Origin: the human T2T-CHM13v2.0 reference genome, Homo sapiens
DNA length: 64,000 nt
Reading direction: 5' to 3' (one strand)
Assembly: GCF_009914755.1 (NCBI RefSeq)
Contig: NC_060929.1
This document shows, one piece after another, positions 13,007 to 27,439 of this stretch. The notes beneath the pieces were generated by a model. That model was not told the origin of the DNA, did not search any database, and was given only the letters and a program-made list of their open reading frames with translations. A program made the position numbers and the translations under genes. The number at the start of each line of letters is the position of its first letter. Positions within the stretch are counted from its first letter, which is position 1.

Positions 13007-13336
13007 CATCTGTATTTTCCGTAGTAAATATTTCCGAGAATAAAACAAAAATAATCTTAACTGAAAATAATTTATAAAATGGTTTTTAAGTGGCAATTCC
13101 ATCTGTGTATATTAATTATTTTTGTGCTGACATATGTCTTATTCTAATTCCACATATGTCTAATACTCATTCTAGTATTACTGTACTATTCATAATTTGA
13201 AATATTAACTAAATGTATGCATTTACTATAATAACCGCTTAAAGTGAAAAAAAGCAGTATGCAGGATAGTTTATGTAATATGATCTAAGTTTTATAAAAA
13301 GTATATGTAAACATGCATGAAGAAATCCAGAAACAT
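13007..13336 (+). repeat. Local duplicate, copy B (probable source of 6109-6440)
   Basis: See copy A. Copy B runs on into old L1M-like 3'UTR sequence (~13340-13490), whereas copy A stops at 6440. Confidence 0.9.
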
Positions 13337-14734
13337 ATGTCATGTTATTAGCAACTGTTTTCTCTTGGTATTAGAATGGGAAGGCCAAAAAAGAAATAAC
13401 ACCACTTTTCTTGTTGTGTTTAATATATTTTTAGTGAGAAATTTATGGGAGATTTTTACATTTTTGTTTTCATATCTTTCCAGTTAAATAAAAATCTAAA
13501 AGGAAAGCTATCTAAAGTAGATACTTATTTGTGTCTTTATTTATGTTGCCATCATACATGTCATTTTGGTGCTCTGTCCTGTCTTTCCAAGGCTATCGAA
13601 AATTCAAACAGATGCTACGAGTGTTCTAGACTATTTAGATAGTCCAAATAGGGGAAAATGTAAACATTTATTCACAGAAGGCACTAAATAATGTAATAAT
13701 CACATAACATTTTCATTTCTGACAAGCTTCTGAAGATCTAGGAAATACTAAAATGACAGTTAAAATAATAATAATTCAGTATTTGATGTGTTCAACCAGA
13801 GTAGATTCACTCTCCCTCTCAGAGACTAGAGCCCTTGATTTTCTGGAGAAGCAAATGGTTTATGGTTGTTTAAAATTATTGGGACTATTATATTCATTTA
13901 CTGATAAAGGATATGTTCCTGATGGTTTTTTTTTTTTTTTTGGTCTTTAAAAAGTAAGTTTAGTAAGCAAGGGTGATTTTTAAAAATTAAAAATAAAACT
14001 CTTTAGAGGCCAAGTGTTAACAGGATTGGTGGAAATAACCATCTATACTATAAAAGAGAGTGGAAACCCAGCAAAATCAAGATCACAGGAGCATTTAACT
14101 GTTTTTTCCCTGAGTATCTGCTAATCTAAGTAAACCGAGCTTTGAGGTTTGTTGCTCCGCTGGGCAGAAGGAGGAAAGTCAAAGTCAGTGTCTGCCATCT
14201 GGGGCTGGGAACCCCATGGGAAACCAAACCCACATTAAATAGGGACCACAAAATGCCACGCCCTCAGGAAGAGAGGAAGGACTCATGATTCCCATTGTCA
14301 GAAATGGGGATGAAGGTGGAAGGAAAGTCTCCATGTACTGTCTAGAGAAGAAGAAAAAGGAAAACAAGTAAACAAAGCAATCTTGAGTTGTGGCTATGGG
14401 CTGTAAATTATTATAACATCTTTGTCTTTTACTCTCAATGAATTAGTGGCCCTTATGGGGCTTGAGACAGAAAAGTAATAGGATCTGAATTAAGTTCTAG
14501 AAGTATCCCCTGGGCTGCTGTGTGGGAGATGGTCTATAGGAGGAAGGGTGGATGCAAAGAGGCCAGTTAGTTCGCTGGTGCAATAACTTATCAAGAAGAT
14601 GTCCAGACCACAATGACAAGTAGAAATGATAAAAAGAGTCATGCCTAGACATTTTTCACAGGTACAACATTTTGGATTTTCTGACTATGAATATGGAATG
14701 TGAGCAAAAGGAGTCTGACACCAAAGTAGTTGAA

Positions 14735-15200
14735 AACACATACACCCTTCAATCCAGCAATTTCACTCAAAAGTATATTTGTTAGAACTATTCCTACTTA
14801 TGTCAGCAAGGAGATCTGTACAAGAATATACTATTAAACATTGTTTATTATTGTTCATTTTGTTCCCATTACCAGAGGAATAAACAAAATACAATATTTT
14901 ACAATCATGTAATACTATTCAACAATTAAAGTGAAATAAATCTATGTCCATTAACATGGCTAATCTCAAAAATAAAATGGAAAAAATTAATAAGTACAGT
15001 ATAACACTTTATGCAAAGAATAAAATCCAAATTTAATATTATACATTGAATAGAAATATATACATTTTAGGAAACACACAGAAACTTGAATTAGACGGAC
15101 ATGCCTAGCTTCATGGAAGCAATAATTTTTTGGCAATGAAGACAATTAAGAAAATCAAGATGAGTATCTTGGCATTTGTTACAATAATCTACATTTCTCT
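14735..15200 (+). mobile_element. Ancient L1M (L1ME-like) 3' fragment
   Basis: 'cccttcaatccagcaatttcactc...tgtacaagaatata...aatactattcaacaattaaa...acatggctaatctcaaaaa' follows the L1M ORF2-end/3'UTR pattern. Confidence 0.55.
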
Positions 15201-15318
15201 ATATTTTCTAAAAAGATTCATTACATTTATCAAAGTCTTGGAAAAAAAGCTGTTTCAAAGAGAATTCTAACCAATAAAATTGCAAGTCACTTGACGGCAT
15301 GGATATAATTTTATATAG

Positions 15319-15440
15319 TTAGCTCCCAAGCTTGTAGCTACTCAAATTATGTTCAACAATTTCAGCAAAATTCGTCGAGAACCTACTGTGATCAGAGAAT
15401 CCTCAAAGAACGGGATTCTGACCCCACGAAACACAATCAG
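15319..15440 (+). other. Candidate plus-strand internal exon (122 nt)
   Basis: Acceptor 'ttttatatag|', donor CAG|GTTATG, two open frames, several retained CpGs in CpG-poor surroundings. No recognised homology. Confidence 0.3.
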
Positions 15441-15999
15441 GTTATGTTTCTTGTTTTTCTTAAAACAGATACATTCCTCAAATGGGATAAGTAAAATTGT
15501 AGGCAAAGTATGGGACATGTGTATTTATTCTGAATGGGGGCAATCTTTGATGGGGGAAAAAATCCATATAATATTAATTTAGAAATGTATTACGTTGTTA
15601 GAATAAAAACAGAGGTTGCCAATTCCACAGAATCATAGAAAGAAAGCCATATTTCAAGTGAGTAAATTCAGTAAGTAAAGCAGCAAACTCTTCAGAACTG
15701 AATCTCAGACCTAAAAAAAAGTGTATTCTGTGTTTTTTTTCCCAAAAGCTAGTTGAGTTGCAGCACCTGAATTTTATATGTCATTCTTAAGCCTTAAAAT
15801 CGTGGATGTTAAGCCTATCTTAATTAAACATGACGTAAAATGTTAAATAACATATGTATGAATATTTTATGTGTGAAAACATTTTGAAAGCTCTGCTATG
15901 CCACACAAATCTAAGGTACCCAGTTTTATAAACATAGATAGATATATGAATCTAAGAACAATAATAAAAGCTATTTTAATGCTCACTTACTTAGGGTCA

Positions 16000-16450
16000 T
16001 GCATAATAGAAATTAAACTATTAAACTACCTCTGTGCATTACATTATTAAATTATTACTTCAGACCTAAGAGGTTGTAAGTACTAACATGAATGCTGCAT
16101 TACAGATAATTAGCATGAAGTTTAGGGAGAATAAATGACTAGCTCAGTTAGTAAGTGGTTCTCTGAAGTTCTGTAACCCAGTTACTGGAACCCCTGTAGT
16201 TACTGAGTAGGGTATTTGTGGTCCTTTCTATGGACGGCAGGATAACCTGATGGTTAAAATTTTGGGGGACCTGGGTTCGAACTCTAGCTCAATGACTTAC
16301 CATCTTAATTGCCTCAAGGGTGTTAAATTCTTAAGCTTTATGTTTCTTATTTATGAAATTATTGATTATACTACAATAGACATGTATGTTGTATGAATAG
16401 TGTGAGAATTAAAGTAATGCCTAGGTTTAAAATAGTTCCTAGTGTCTAGT
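16000..16450. mobile_element. Two oppositely oriented MIR relics
   Basis: 'cattacagataattagcatgaagtttagggagaataaatgactagctca' and 'gacctgggttcgaactctagctc...acttacc...tttcttatttatgaaa'. Confidence 0.55.
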
Positions 16451-18478
16451 AAACATATGTTCAACTTCTGTTATTACATATTTTTAAACATTATTATCAA
16501 GTAGCTATGGAGTTAATGTTCAGCCTCAGGTTAACAAATTAATTGAGTAACAGTTAACAGACAAGAACAAATAAGGAAACTTCCCGTAATCTCAGATTAT
16601 TCTGTCATGAATAGTTTTGTCATCATTTGGGATAAAGCCCTTTCTTAAAACATTCAACATGTTAAAAATCATATTCAAAATCTAAGTACTAATAATATTC
16701 TAGTATTAAGCATAGATTAAATTTTGATTGTTGTAACTATCCTTTGTGAATATTGAGAAATGATCACAATAGCATTTTTGTTCATGTGTTTAATTATTCA
16801 TGGCATTCCATTTGAAGGCCAACAATATTAGAGTGTGAAAACTGATGATTTAATTTTTATTAGTTCTCAATTCTTTCTTTTCTTCCTTGTATTATCTTAC
16901 TTACCTTATCTAATCTTAAAACCTCACAGTTTTTTGAGAGAGATACTCTGCGAAAATTCACAGAATTTATCATGTCATGAAGAGAATAGCATATTTGTAA
17001 GATACACTGTTCTGCTGCTTTATTTGATCAAAAGTAAATCTTACTGATGATTATCACCATGTGCAAAAATAATTTTGTGAAGTATTATATTTCTGTTGGC
17101 ATCCTTTCTCATATTCAAGTGATAAAATTGATTTCCAAATATCCTTTCACAAATCCCTAAAACAATAGCCAGTTTACACTTGAAATACACATGATCTCGC
17201 TCTGTTTCTCTCTCTGTCTTTCCTTAATGCCTTCACCTATCCATTAAGTACACATATAATTAGGCCTTAATTGTATTTTCTATATCAATTTCTCTTTCGC
17301 TATTTCTTAAAGGAATTCTCTGTGAAACTAGACTACATATACATTTCTGTCTTCTCAAAATGGCCACAAATTTGGAAAAACTACCATCTACTCACTTTTC
17401 CTTAAATATGTAAATAATCAGCATAGTCTAAAATCACCATTGTCTCTAGTAAAATACTCTTGTTCAAATTAAAAGCTAAACTTTTCATAAGTTCAAGCAG
17501 CAGCATGCTCTTCTATGAATTTAATTCACTTTGCACTAAAAACCTCTCATATAAGCAAGCAGGCCACATCATGACCTGATTACGAAAGTCAAATCTTAAT
17601 GCCCCTTGGAAGAAATTATCTCATGAAAATAAGACTTGAAAGAATGAAAATAACCAAGCTCTTTTAGCTTGATCTCTGAGCTCTTTTAGGTTGATGGTTA
17701 CCTGATCTCTCATTAATTCCTTAGTGTTCAAGCCCTCACCGCTATCTTCCGTTAAAGTAAAATTCCTGAAAAACAAACAATAAAAACACATTGTATTTAT
17801 AATAGAAGAATTCTATCAAAACTGATCATGATTTTTAAAAATGCCATTAGAGAGAAAATACAGCACACTAGATGGAAATATGGACTCTGACATTTAATAG
17901 ACATGGATAAATACCCCGTCTACTAATTTAATAGGTCTCTTGTATCCCAACCTAATTCAAGATCCAACTCTAGCGCTTTCTTATCCATGAAGCTCTCATA
18001 CAGAACACTACAGACCAACTTCTTCCCCAAATAAGTTTTTCTCTTCTCATTTTTATTTCATACATAATATTCATCTCTATAGGATATATAATTATATATA
18101 TAATTTAAGTTTAGGCTTCCCATCTAGACTATGAGCAACTTGATGAAAATGGGGTGATATTCCCCACAGTGGTGCCTGGCACAGTGCCTTGCACAAAGGT
18201 TGTATTCATAAATATTTCCTTCTCATATTGCTAAAAAACAGCCATCTAGGTTCAAGATAGAAGATTAAAATTTTGATCTCATAAGTTTATGAGCAGCAGA
18301 ACAAAATGTAAGTTTTTAATCAAAAACAATTTTAACATTTGTTTTCATGATTGCTAAAAACAGTATTTAAATCACATTAAAAAATAAGCAAGTTTACCAC
18401 AAAAGCAAATAAATGAAACAGAGGAAGGAAAAGGAGATGAATTTTACTTAAGAGCTACATTAATCAACATAGGAGTGG

Positions 18479-18500
18479 TTATTTGATCTAGATCAAATAA
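18479..18500. repeat. Perfect 22-bp palindrome
   Basis: ttatttgatct|agatcaaataa. Confidence 0.95.
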
Positions 18501-18849
18501 TCCTAACTATGTGTGTTTAATTTTAAGACCCAATCTATTTCTACCCAAGACTTTAGATGTGTAAGTTATCTTTCTTTTGTCTCCAGGTAGAAAGAAAAAA
18601 AGAAGTGCTATTTTCAGGCAGAGAAATGTACAATTTTAAAAATGGTCTAGCATTTTCAAATTATTTATACCTTACCAACTTATATTGCTTGTGCCAGATG
18701 TACAGATTTTACATCTGAATAATAAAACCATGTGTCCTTGTCTGTGAAGCTGAAATTTTACTTCAGCAGTAGGAATTTGAGACCATTAGTGACTACTCCA
18801 AATGTACTTGCACATTTCAAACAAATTCACAAGCTAGAATATTCTGTTC

Positions 18850-19230
18850 TCCCTCCTGCCCAGGGATTTGTACATGCTACTTCTTCAGCCTGGATGCTTC
18901 TTCCTTACTCAGTCCACAACACGTACCTGCCTTTTGCCTCAGCAACATTTATTTATTTTTCAGCTCCCATTAAATCTCACTTAATCAGAATAAAACCTTC
19001 CTCAATTTCCTCTATTCCTAGGCCAGCATCATTTATGATGAACTCTCCTAGTGATTGCTTCTGATTTGGAATTCTTATCTAGTTGTTAAATGTGGGGGTC
19101 ACTGTGTGACAATTTCATTTACTCCTTGCCTCCTCTATTAGACTGAAAGCTAGAGAGGTGATGATGAGTCATAGATGCTTTTATTCACAGTGTCAGATAC
19201 ACAGTAAGGTAGGTACCCTTATTAAATAAT
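18850..19230 (+). mobile_element. L2 3' region relic
   Basis: 'cagggatttgtacatgctacttcttcagcctggatgctt...tcctctattagactgaaagc'. Confidence 0.55.
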
Positions 19231-19453
19231 AAACTGGAATTATTTACTTGAAAATATCAATTCATTTTTAAAGTACTGTGCAGCCTCTTCACTTCAGTGT
19301 GGCATGAATACCAAATTATATTATATATCAAATTATGTTAATAGAATTTTAAAAAATTGTCTACAGCAATGATTTATTTAATGCATTTGGCCTTTTTTCA
19401 CTTATTCACCTCAGATTATGTTGTGCTCTTCACAAACCACCTATTATCAGGAT

Positions 19454-19734
<281 letters not shown>

Positions 19735-20664
19735 CAGATAAATGTATTCTTATTTCTTCCACTCTTCTCAAAACTATCTACGTTTTTGCCCAAAGCTTCC
19801 AATAGACCTTTCTCTCCCGCTATTTTTAACATTGATTTTATCGAGGCCAGTCTCTTTAGGAGTCAAGAGCTTGTAGACACTGTCCCTGTTTCAGTTGGTC
19901 ACCGAAAATACTCAGTCCCCTCAACACCCCCTCTTCCTCATTTAGCCAGATTCTGCTTATTTTAAACATTCAACTTCCATCCCTCCTTCCCGCTGACTAC
20001 CCACCACACTCTGTTCATTCGCTTCAACTCTCAATTGCTATTGTACTTTTATGCTGTTCCACACGATTTACCAGTTACTCATAATATGTCTTGTATTATT
20101 AATGGATATTTTACACATTCTAGCTTGCATCCCCCAACTAAAACACAAGCTTGCAGTGTCAGGAATTGTAAAAAACATTTCTATATCCCAAGGCAGTTCC
20201 AAACACGTCATGGCCAGAGTCCAGATCTCCATCAGGGCTGATCGCTATTCACCTATCAAGTCTTGGTTTCAAACACGTTCGTGAAGCCTTCGTCCTCTCT
20301 CAGTACCTGGCACATACCGGTATTATGGTCATTTCAGCCCGTTGTGTTGTCATCTTTTTCTGCTTTTCTTTTGTCTACCCACTAGGAGCAGAGCCTGATG
20401 AGGTAAAGGATTATGTATCTTATCATTACTATATCCTTAGTATTTAGCACAATGCCTAGTGGAGGATAGGGGCTCGCTATGTATTTGCTAAATGAGTAAG
20501 TCAATAATCTTGGTCTCCTTTCATTTATGCAGGCATAAGATATTTTTCCTTTAGAAGAAGATTCAGAAAATCTGGATAAATTTTGAAAAAATTATCTGCT
20601 TAGATCTTTAAAACATAGGTAAAACCAAGTAAAATTTCTTATTGACATTTTGTTCTGTGCACAG

Positions 20665-20890
20665 AGAGTAATATAGTGGTTAAATAGACTTGAGCTTTGC
20701 AATCAAACATGTCTGCATTCTGATTCTGCATGACCTTGAGGAAGTTCCATAGCCTTCATAAGTCTCAGTGACCTCATAAAAAAGTGAGAATTGACTGACT
20801 ACCTCACAGTGTTGTTGTAACAATTAAGTAGTGTAATGCATGTAGAACTCCTGGCAAATTGACTAGCACAGAATGAGGCTTCAGATCATT
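20665..20890 (+). mobile_element. MIR relic
   Basis: 'atagtggttaaatagacttgagctttgcaatcaaaca...tgaccttgaggaagt...agtctcagtgacctcat...acctcacagtgttgttgtaacaattaa'. Confidence 0.7.
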
Positions 20891-21071
20891 TTAATCAATT
20901 ATTCTTTATTAAGGCAATTTAATAGGAGAAAAGACTAAATGTTATTTCTTGTGCTTCACAGATGTATTCCAGATGAATATACATTTAAAAATATACAAAG
21001 AATAAACACAGACAAGTAGAATACCTTTGATTACACAGCTACAAAAATCTGACCACCTTGAAATACTGTGT

Positions 21072-21266
21072 CAGGGTTAGCAAACTTCCTCTGTAAGGCC
21101 GAATAGTAAAAGTTTCAGGCTCTGTGAACTATATGATCTCTGCCACAACTATTGAACTCTGTCATCATAGCATAAAAGTAGCCAGAGACAACACATACAC
21201 AAATGAGCATAGCTATGACCCAATGAAACATTATTTACTAAAACAGGTAGTGGGCCAGATTTGCCA
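21072..21266. mobile_element. MER58A hAT-Charlie element
   Basis: 'cagggttagcaaacttcctctgtaaggccgaatagtaaaa...aaaacaggtagtgggccagatttg'. Confidence 0.8.
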
Positions 21267-21374
21267 ATTATTGTACTATAATGGATACACTTTCTCTCAC
21301 AAGAGAATTCTACCATAGGTAATAATTTTATATTTGTATATTTGTGCAATGATGCCAAAACGTAAATGAACAGA

Positions 21375-21407
21375 AATGTTTAAAAAACATGATGTTTTTT
21401 AAACATT
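21375..21407. repeat. Perfect 16-bp inverted repeat with 1-nt spacer
   Basis: aatgtttaaaaaacat-g-atgttttttaaacatt. Confidence 0.95.
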
Positions 21408-21843
21408 GTTAAAAAACAAGACCAAAGCATAATGTTTAAGAAATGTGAATGTATATTTCCATCTTTAAAGGCATTTGAATACAGTACATGAAATTCGAAA
21501 CCTCAGTTGTGAATTCGCTATTTACCAATGACAAGGTTTAAGTTCTTCAGTGGCCATGAGTAAGTTAAGTTTGTCATCACTTTTTGCCCTGGTGTAGTAT
21601 TTTCCAAATAGTAAATGCTCAATTCACATGTACATTAAAGTAAATACTAAGAAAACCCTCACATGTAACTAGACACAATTCTATTTATGTATCTTTGAAA
21701 TCAACTGGAGACATTATCAATTAATGCAAAGATCCTGGGCTTTCAATCCAAAGAAGCTTACCTCTCTGCTCCAGATGCTCATCTTGCTGGCTGTGTGTCT
21801 CCAGGTAAGTTCTGTAATGTGGCAGAAATAATATTTGTCTTAA

Positions 21844-22379
<536 letters not shown>

Positions 22380-23133
22380 CTCTAAGGTTTTTGTGAGGAT
22401 TAATTCACATAGTGCTCTAAAGGTTTAGCAGAATACTGGGCTCAATAAATCTTAACTGTTAATAAGACTGATTTCTATTGACTGGTAGAAAATATACCTT
22501 TATGCAAATTTCGAGTGAACACAAACATGTATAAAAATAAATGAACTCTCTATTTTTGGGGCTAGAAGCTTATTGAAGCATTTCTTTAGATTAAATAATA
22601 AAATTAATACCTAGTCATGTATGTATTGACATCTAGAATCCATATGCTCTTTGTGAGCCTTGAAAGGTTTTGAATGATACTTGACTATTCTGTCATTGCC
22701 ATGGTAAATGTTTTATCTTGTTGTTAATATCTGACTTATTTAAAATTCATGTGGGAAATTTGAAAGTTCTATTTCCTATCTTGAAAATCAATGACAACTT
22801 AATCAATGCTGCTAAAACAAGCCCCAGTTCTTATGTAGTAGAAAAGTAAATAAGCTGGAGAATTAAAAGTGACAGAATCTTCACATCAAGGACAGACAGC
22901 ATATTTCTATCTCGTTCTTCTATGTCTGCAGCCTGAAATATTCCATCTGCTTGCCTCTTTCCTCAGGGAATTGAAGCACCTTGAAAAGGATAAGAAAACT
23001 TCAACATTACAACGATGTTTCATATCATTAGGCTCAAATTAAGTAAATAACAGAATCCTAAGCTGATGACACATCCTGGGTTTGCACTAATCATAATTTG
23101 CAATCTCCATCATTGTCATCAGAACCTTTTTGC

Positions 23134-23180
23134 CTAGCAACATTCCTGCTGCTGCTTCTGTTCCGACCCTCTGGGTGCAA
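23134..23180 (-). other. Candidate alternative terminal coding exon (xAPRGSEQKQQQECC*)
   Basis: Strong acceptor 'gtgtttttccttttgactgcctcctccttcag|'. Phase-1 reading ends CC-stop. The other two frames stay open for ~30 codons. Confidence 0.35.
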
Positions 23181-23639
23181 CTGAAGGAGGAGGCAGTCAA
23201 AAGGAAAAACACAAATATCTCCAAGATGGCACTTACAAAAAGCAACAACAATGACAAAGTATAAATACAAACACACACCTTGAAGTTTATGTTCTTACTC
23301 AAATGCAAGCATCAACAATAGCCTACTGTCAGCAAGTTAAATGGCTGGGGCTGTTTCAGTCTCCCATTACATGAAGGTATGCAAGCTCATGCTAATACGT
23401 ATCAGTTGGTACCAAATGAGTGAGTGAGTCAGGAGTGATGAATGAAGTGTGAGGGAAATTGCACTGTTCCTGTACCATCTAAAAGGGTAATGGATATTCA
23501 ATTCTGCTTGTTTTTGGTCACTGCATATGAGTGCAGAGTGGTTAAGTCTTCCAATTTTTTTCTAAGACAGAAATCTGGAAAGGTTGACATAATTCCATCA
23601 AGGAATGAGATTGAAATAAATATATAAACAATTAAAAAG

Positions 23640-23830
23640 TAGTGTAAAATAGTACAACCACTCTGGAAAATTGGCATTTTCTAATGAAGTTAAATGTACA
23701 CCTACCATAGGACAATTCTACTTCTAGATATTTACCTTAGATAAATGGAAACATATGTCTATGAAAATGATTTATATAAAATGTCACAGCAGCTGTTTTA
23801 TCATAATAGCCCCAAACTGGAAACAACTAC
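23640..23830 (+). mobile_element. Ancient L1M ORF2-end fragment
   Basis: 'agtgtaaaatagtacaaccactctggaaaa...caattctacttctagatatttacc...ataatagccccaaactggaaacaac'. Confidence 0.7.
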
Positions 23831-24329
23831 CACTTCTCTTCCAGCCATTATTCAGATGGCATGCTTCCCCACGCTTTGATTACTCTCCTTTGAATATTTT
23901 TCCATTTGTCTGCCTTCCATTCATAATGTAAGATTTTCAGTGTTGTTAGACAGTACAGAGCACAGTGAAGCTGGTCTCTGCTTTATATTACTTTCCATAT
24001 TTTCACAGATGTAGTCAAAGAAAATGCTAGGTATTTTGTTACATGTTTTCATTGATTTATGTTTTTTAATAGATTCCTATTGAACATAGTTACTTAAATG
24101 GTTCAAACACTTACATATCTGCCTCTAATTATCTGCCTTTTTTATTCTATTCCTGTATAAAAACATTACTTGTTCTCTTACACTTTTGCTCAAACGGCAT
24201 ATTGCGATTCATTTTAATCTTGTTTGATTTGATTTACCCATTTCTGTAAGCTATTTAACTTTATTGAAATGCTCTCTGGTTGTGAGAGGCAATTTTATTT
24301 GGGACACCAGCATTGTAACTATCTCCATC

Positions 24330-24540
24330 CTGATGGGCATATACTATATGCTAGGTGCATTTATGTTAGTTATCCCACATCATCCATACAATGGGTAGAT
24401 GGCCTTTTCCAAATTATAGTTTTATAGATGAGGAAGTTGAGGTTTAGAATAGTTTAAATCACTTGACTAAAGCTACACATCTGATAAATGGCGAAGCCAG
24501 AACTCTCTTCCAAGTGTAACAATTTCAAAATCCATATGCC
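24330..24540 (-). mobile_element. MIR relic
   Basis: 'ttttatagatgaggaagttgaggtttagaatagtttaaatcacttgactaaagctacacatctgataaatggcgaagccag'. Confidence 0.7.
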
Positions 24541-25912
24541 TAATCATTATGATTTTATTTATCTGTAATTTGAAAATAGTCTCTTCTGATCATTCTAGCC
24601 ATTGCTAAAATTTATAGTAAGACTTGGGTCAAAGTTCTAATGCTTTAAGAACACAATTCTTGAGTAACACACACACTTCTCACTTAGCTCAAGTAAGATA
24701 ACAACCCACTAAATTTACAAAAACACATTTCACCCACCCTGTTTCTAAAACCTAGTCCAAAAGGATATAATTAAAGGCTTGAATGAACACACCTGGACTT
24801 CAGCATAATGATCATGTTTATTCATAGTTTCCAGTCTTGTTCTAGTCAACTCATATGTGTTTAGCCTAAGACATTTCTCTTGCCTGCACACACTGTCTTA
24901 TTTCTGAAACCAGATTGCTTCTAAAAATTGATGTATATATTTAATGCAACAGCATTTCTAAGACTGATGTCCCATTGAGGAGCTAGGGTAACCTGTTGTG
25001 AATCTTTTGAATGCTAAAGGTTATGTTCCAGTCTATAGTTATCAATATTCTTCTTTCGAAAATGAGAGCTACCTTTTTCTTCTCAACTTTCTTGTGCCTC
25101 TCCTGTTGGTCCTTTATTCTCTTTGATTAATTCAATATCAAGTTTTCAATCTCATTGGTAAGTTTTCTCACTTTGGAACTTAGACAACCAAAGCCTGGCC
25201 ACAAAGCCATTTATTCAGGGCAGAATGTTTCTCCCCAACCACTTTACCTGCATGGTGCTTCAACCACTTCTGTCAAGTGTTTGTTCCACTCTTGAGATGC
25301 TATGCTTTTGAAGGGATAAAAAACGTAGCTTGTTAACCTCAAGCACTTTTTTGTTTTCTTCTTGTAAATGTAAAAACCTTGAAAGATCTTTTGTTTGTCC
25401 TTGTGTCCTTATAAACATCAGGTCTTTGAATTTCAGCTTTCCTGAATTTATTTGTAACTCAAAACTTCTGTCTGTCTTTGTTCTTTATATGCATGCTTTA
25501 AAAAATCTAAGGTTAATATAGATTTCCTTATTCAACAATGTTTAAGAAAAATAAAACCTAGCATTTTAGAGTATTTATGAATTAGAAATTCTAACTGTCT
25601 TACAAACTTACCTAATATAAACCTTCTAAAAATTGTGAACAGTTACCTCCATTTGACAGATACTGAAATTGAGGCTCAGAGACTTTAATTTGCTCAAGTG
25701 ACATAGCCATAAAAATGTAGAACTAATCCATTTAATTTTAAACCCCATGCTCTTAACTAACATTCTTGACAAAAGCCTCACCTTCTGTCAAGTCCTGTAT
25801 CCTTTTCTTATCATCTTGCTTTCCATCATTCTTACCGTTGCCACAGAACAATGCCTACCTTTTCTCTCAACATTTAAAATTATTTCTAAAGATTTTAGAA
25901 TTATATCTTCCT

Positions 25913-26286
<374 letters not shown>

Positions 26287-26569
26287 CTAGCAGAATGATA
26301 CTTAATAAATATAGGAAAGTTTATGTAAAATGTAGGATTTACACATACTTTTACAATTCCTCTACTACATTGATCTGATTTATGTACTTTGGAATAAGTG
26401 AGACATATATTACAAAGAAATAGGATACAAGGTGGAATATTATAGTTTACATAAGAGATACATGTTCAAATAAGAGTTGGCAGGAGGGAAGCATGACTTC
26501 CCTCAGGGGAGTCATGGAGGAACCAGACTCTTCACTCTGTAGCACGTATCACAGTTTTCTACTAAAACC

Positions 26570-26975
26570 CGTTACCTTCTTCCCTGTGGTAATAGGATTT
26601 TGCTGGATACCTGGTTAGACTACATTTCCCAGGCTCCCTTGCCATTTTTGGGGGGCCCTGGGGGGACTATGTAACAGAGTTTTCTCCAAGGGAATGTAAA
26701 TAAAAATGAAGTAGCCTCCAAGCTACTTTTTAAAAATCAAATGAGTCTCTTGAACATTCTCTTTTTCCTTCTACTGTCTGGATTTGAATTAGAAGGGCCT
26801 GGTAGTATAACAGAGCCAGGAGGTGGTAGGCACCAGGGTCCTTGAATCAATATGGATGAGGTTACCAGTAGACCAGAAACACCAGCCTGTATTATAAATG
26901 ATCAAAAGATAACCTTCTATTATGGTAAACCACTGGTATTTGGAGAAAGGAGTCTGTAATGGCAGCTTCTCTTAC
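26570..26975 (+). mobile_element. Old MLT1-family (MLT1I/J/K-like) LTR fragment
   Basis: 'tagactacatttcccaggctcccttgcc...cagagccaggaggtggtaggcaccagggtccttgaatca...aaagataaccttctattatggtaaaccactggtatttgg'. Confidence 0.55.
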
Positions 26976-27439
26976 TTTATAACATACTTTTCAAACATCT
27001 AACAAAATATATCTACCACCTTTCACAATTTTGCACCTGGAAGGGTTAGGGAAAAGTGTATCCTGGGGCCTCAGGGAAAAAAAAGAAAAAAGGAAAGAAA
27101 AAAATTACAAATGGCTTAACACAATAATTCTGTAGAAGATATAGTCAATGAAAGCACACATGAAGGAGTAATCAGTTCTGCCTAAGAGAGTGTTTAAAAG
27201 ATTCACAGGGGAGGAAACTTGAAGAATGAAGATATGTTTTCAAAGAAGTTGGAAAATAACATAGGAAGTGAGAACTGCATGAACAAAATTTAGGGATTAA
27301 AGAATGAACACTGGCCACTTCATGGGAAATTTAGTTTGGCCGAAACGCTTGACACAAAAGAAATGAGAATAGACCCTGGAAGGGGCTCAAGGATGGAAAG
27401 TAAAACTAGGCCAGATCTTGAAGCCCTTTGGATACCTTG

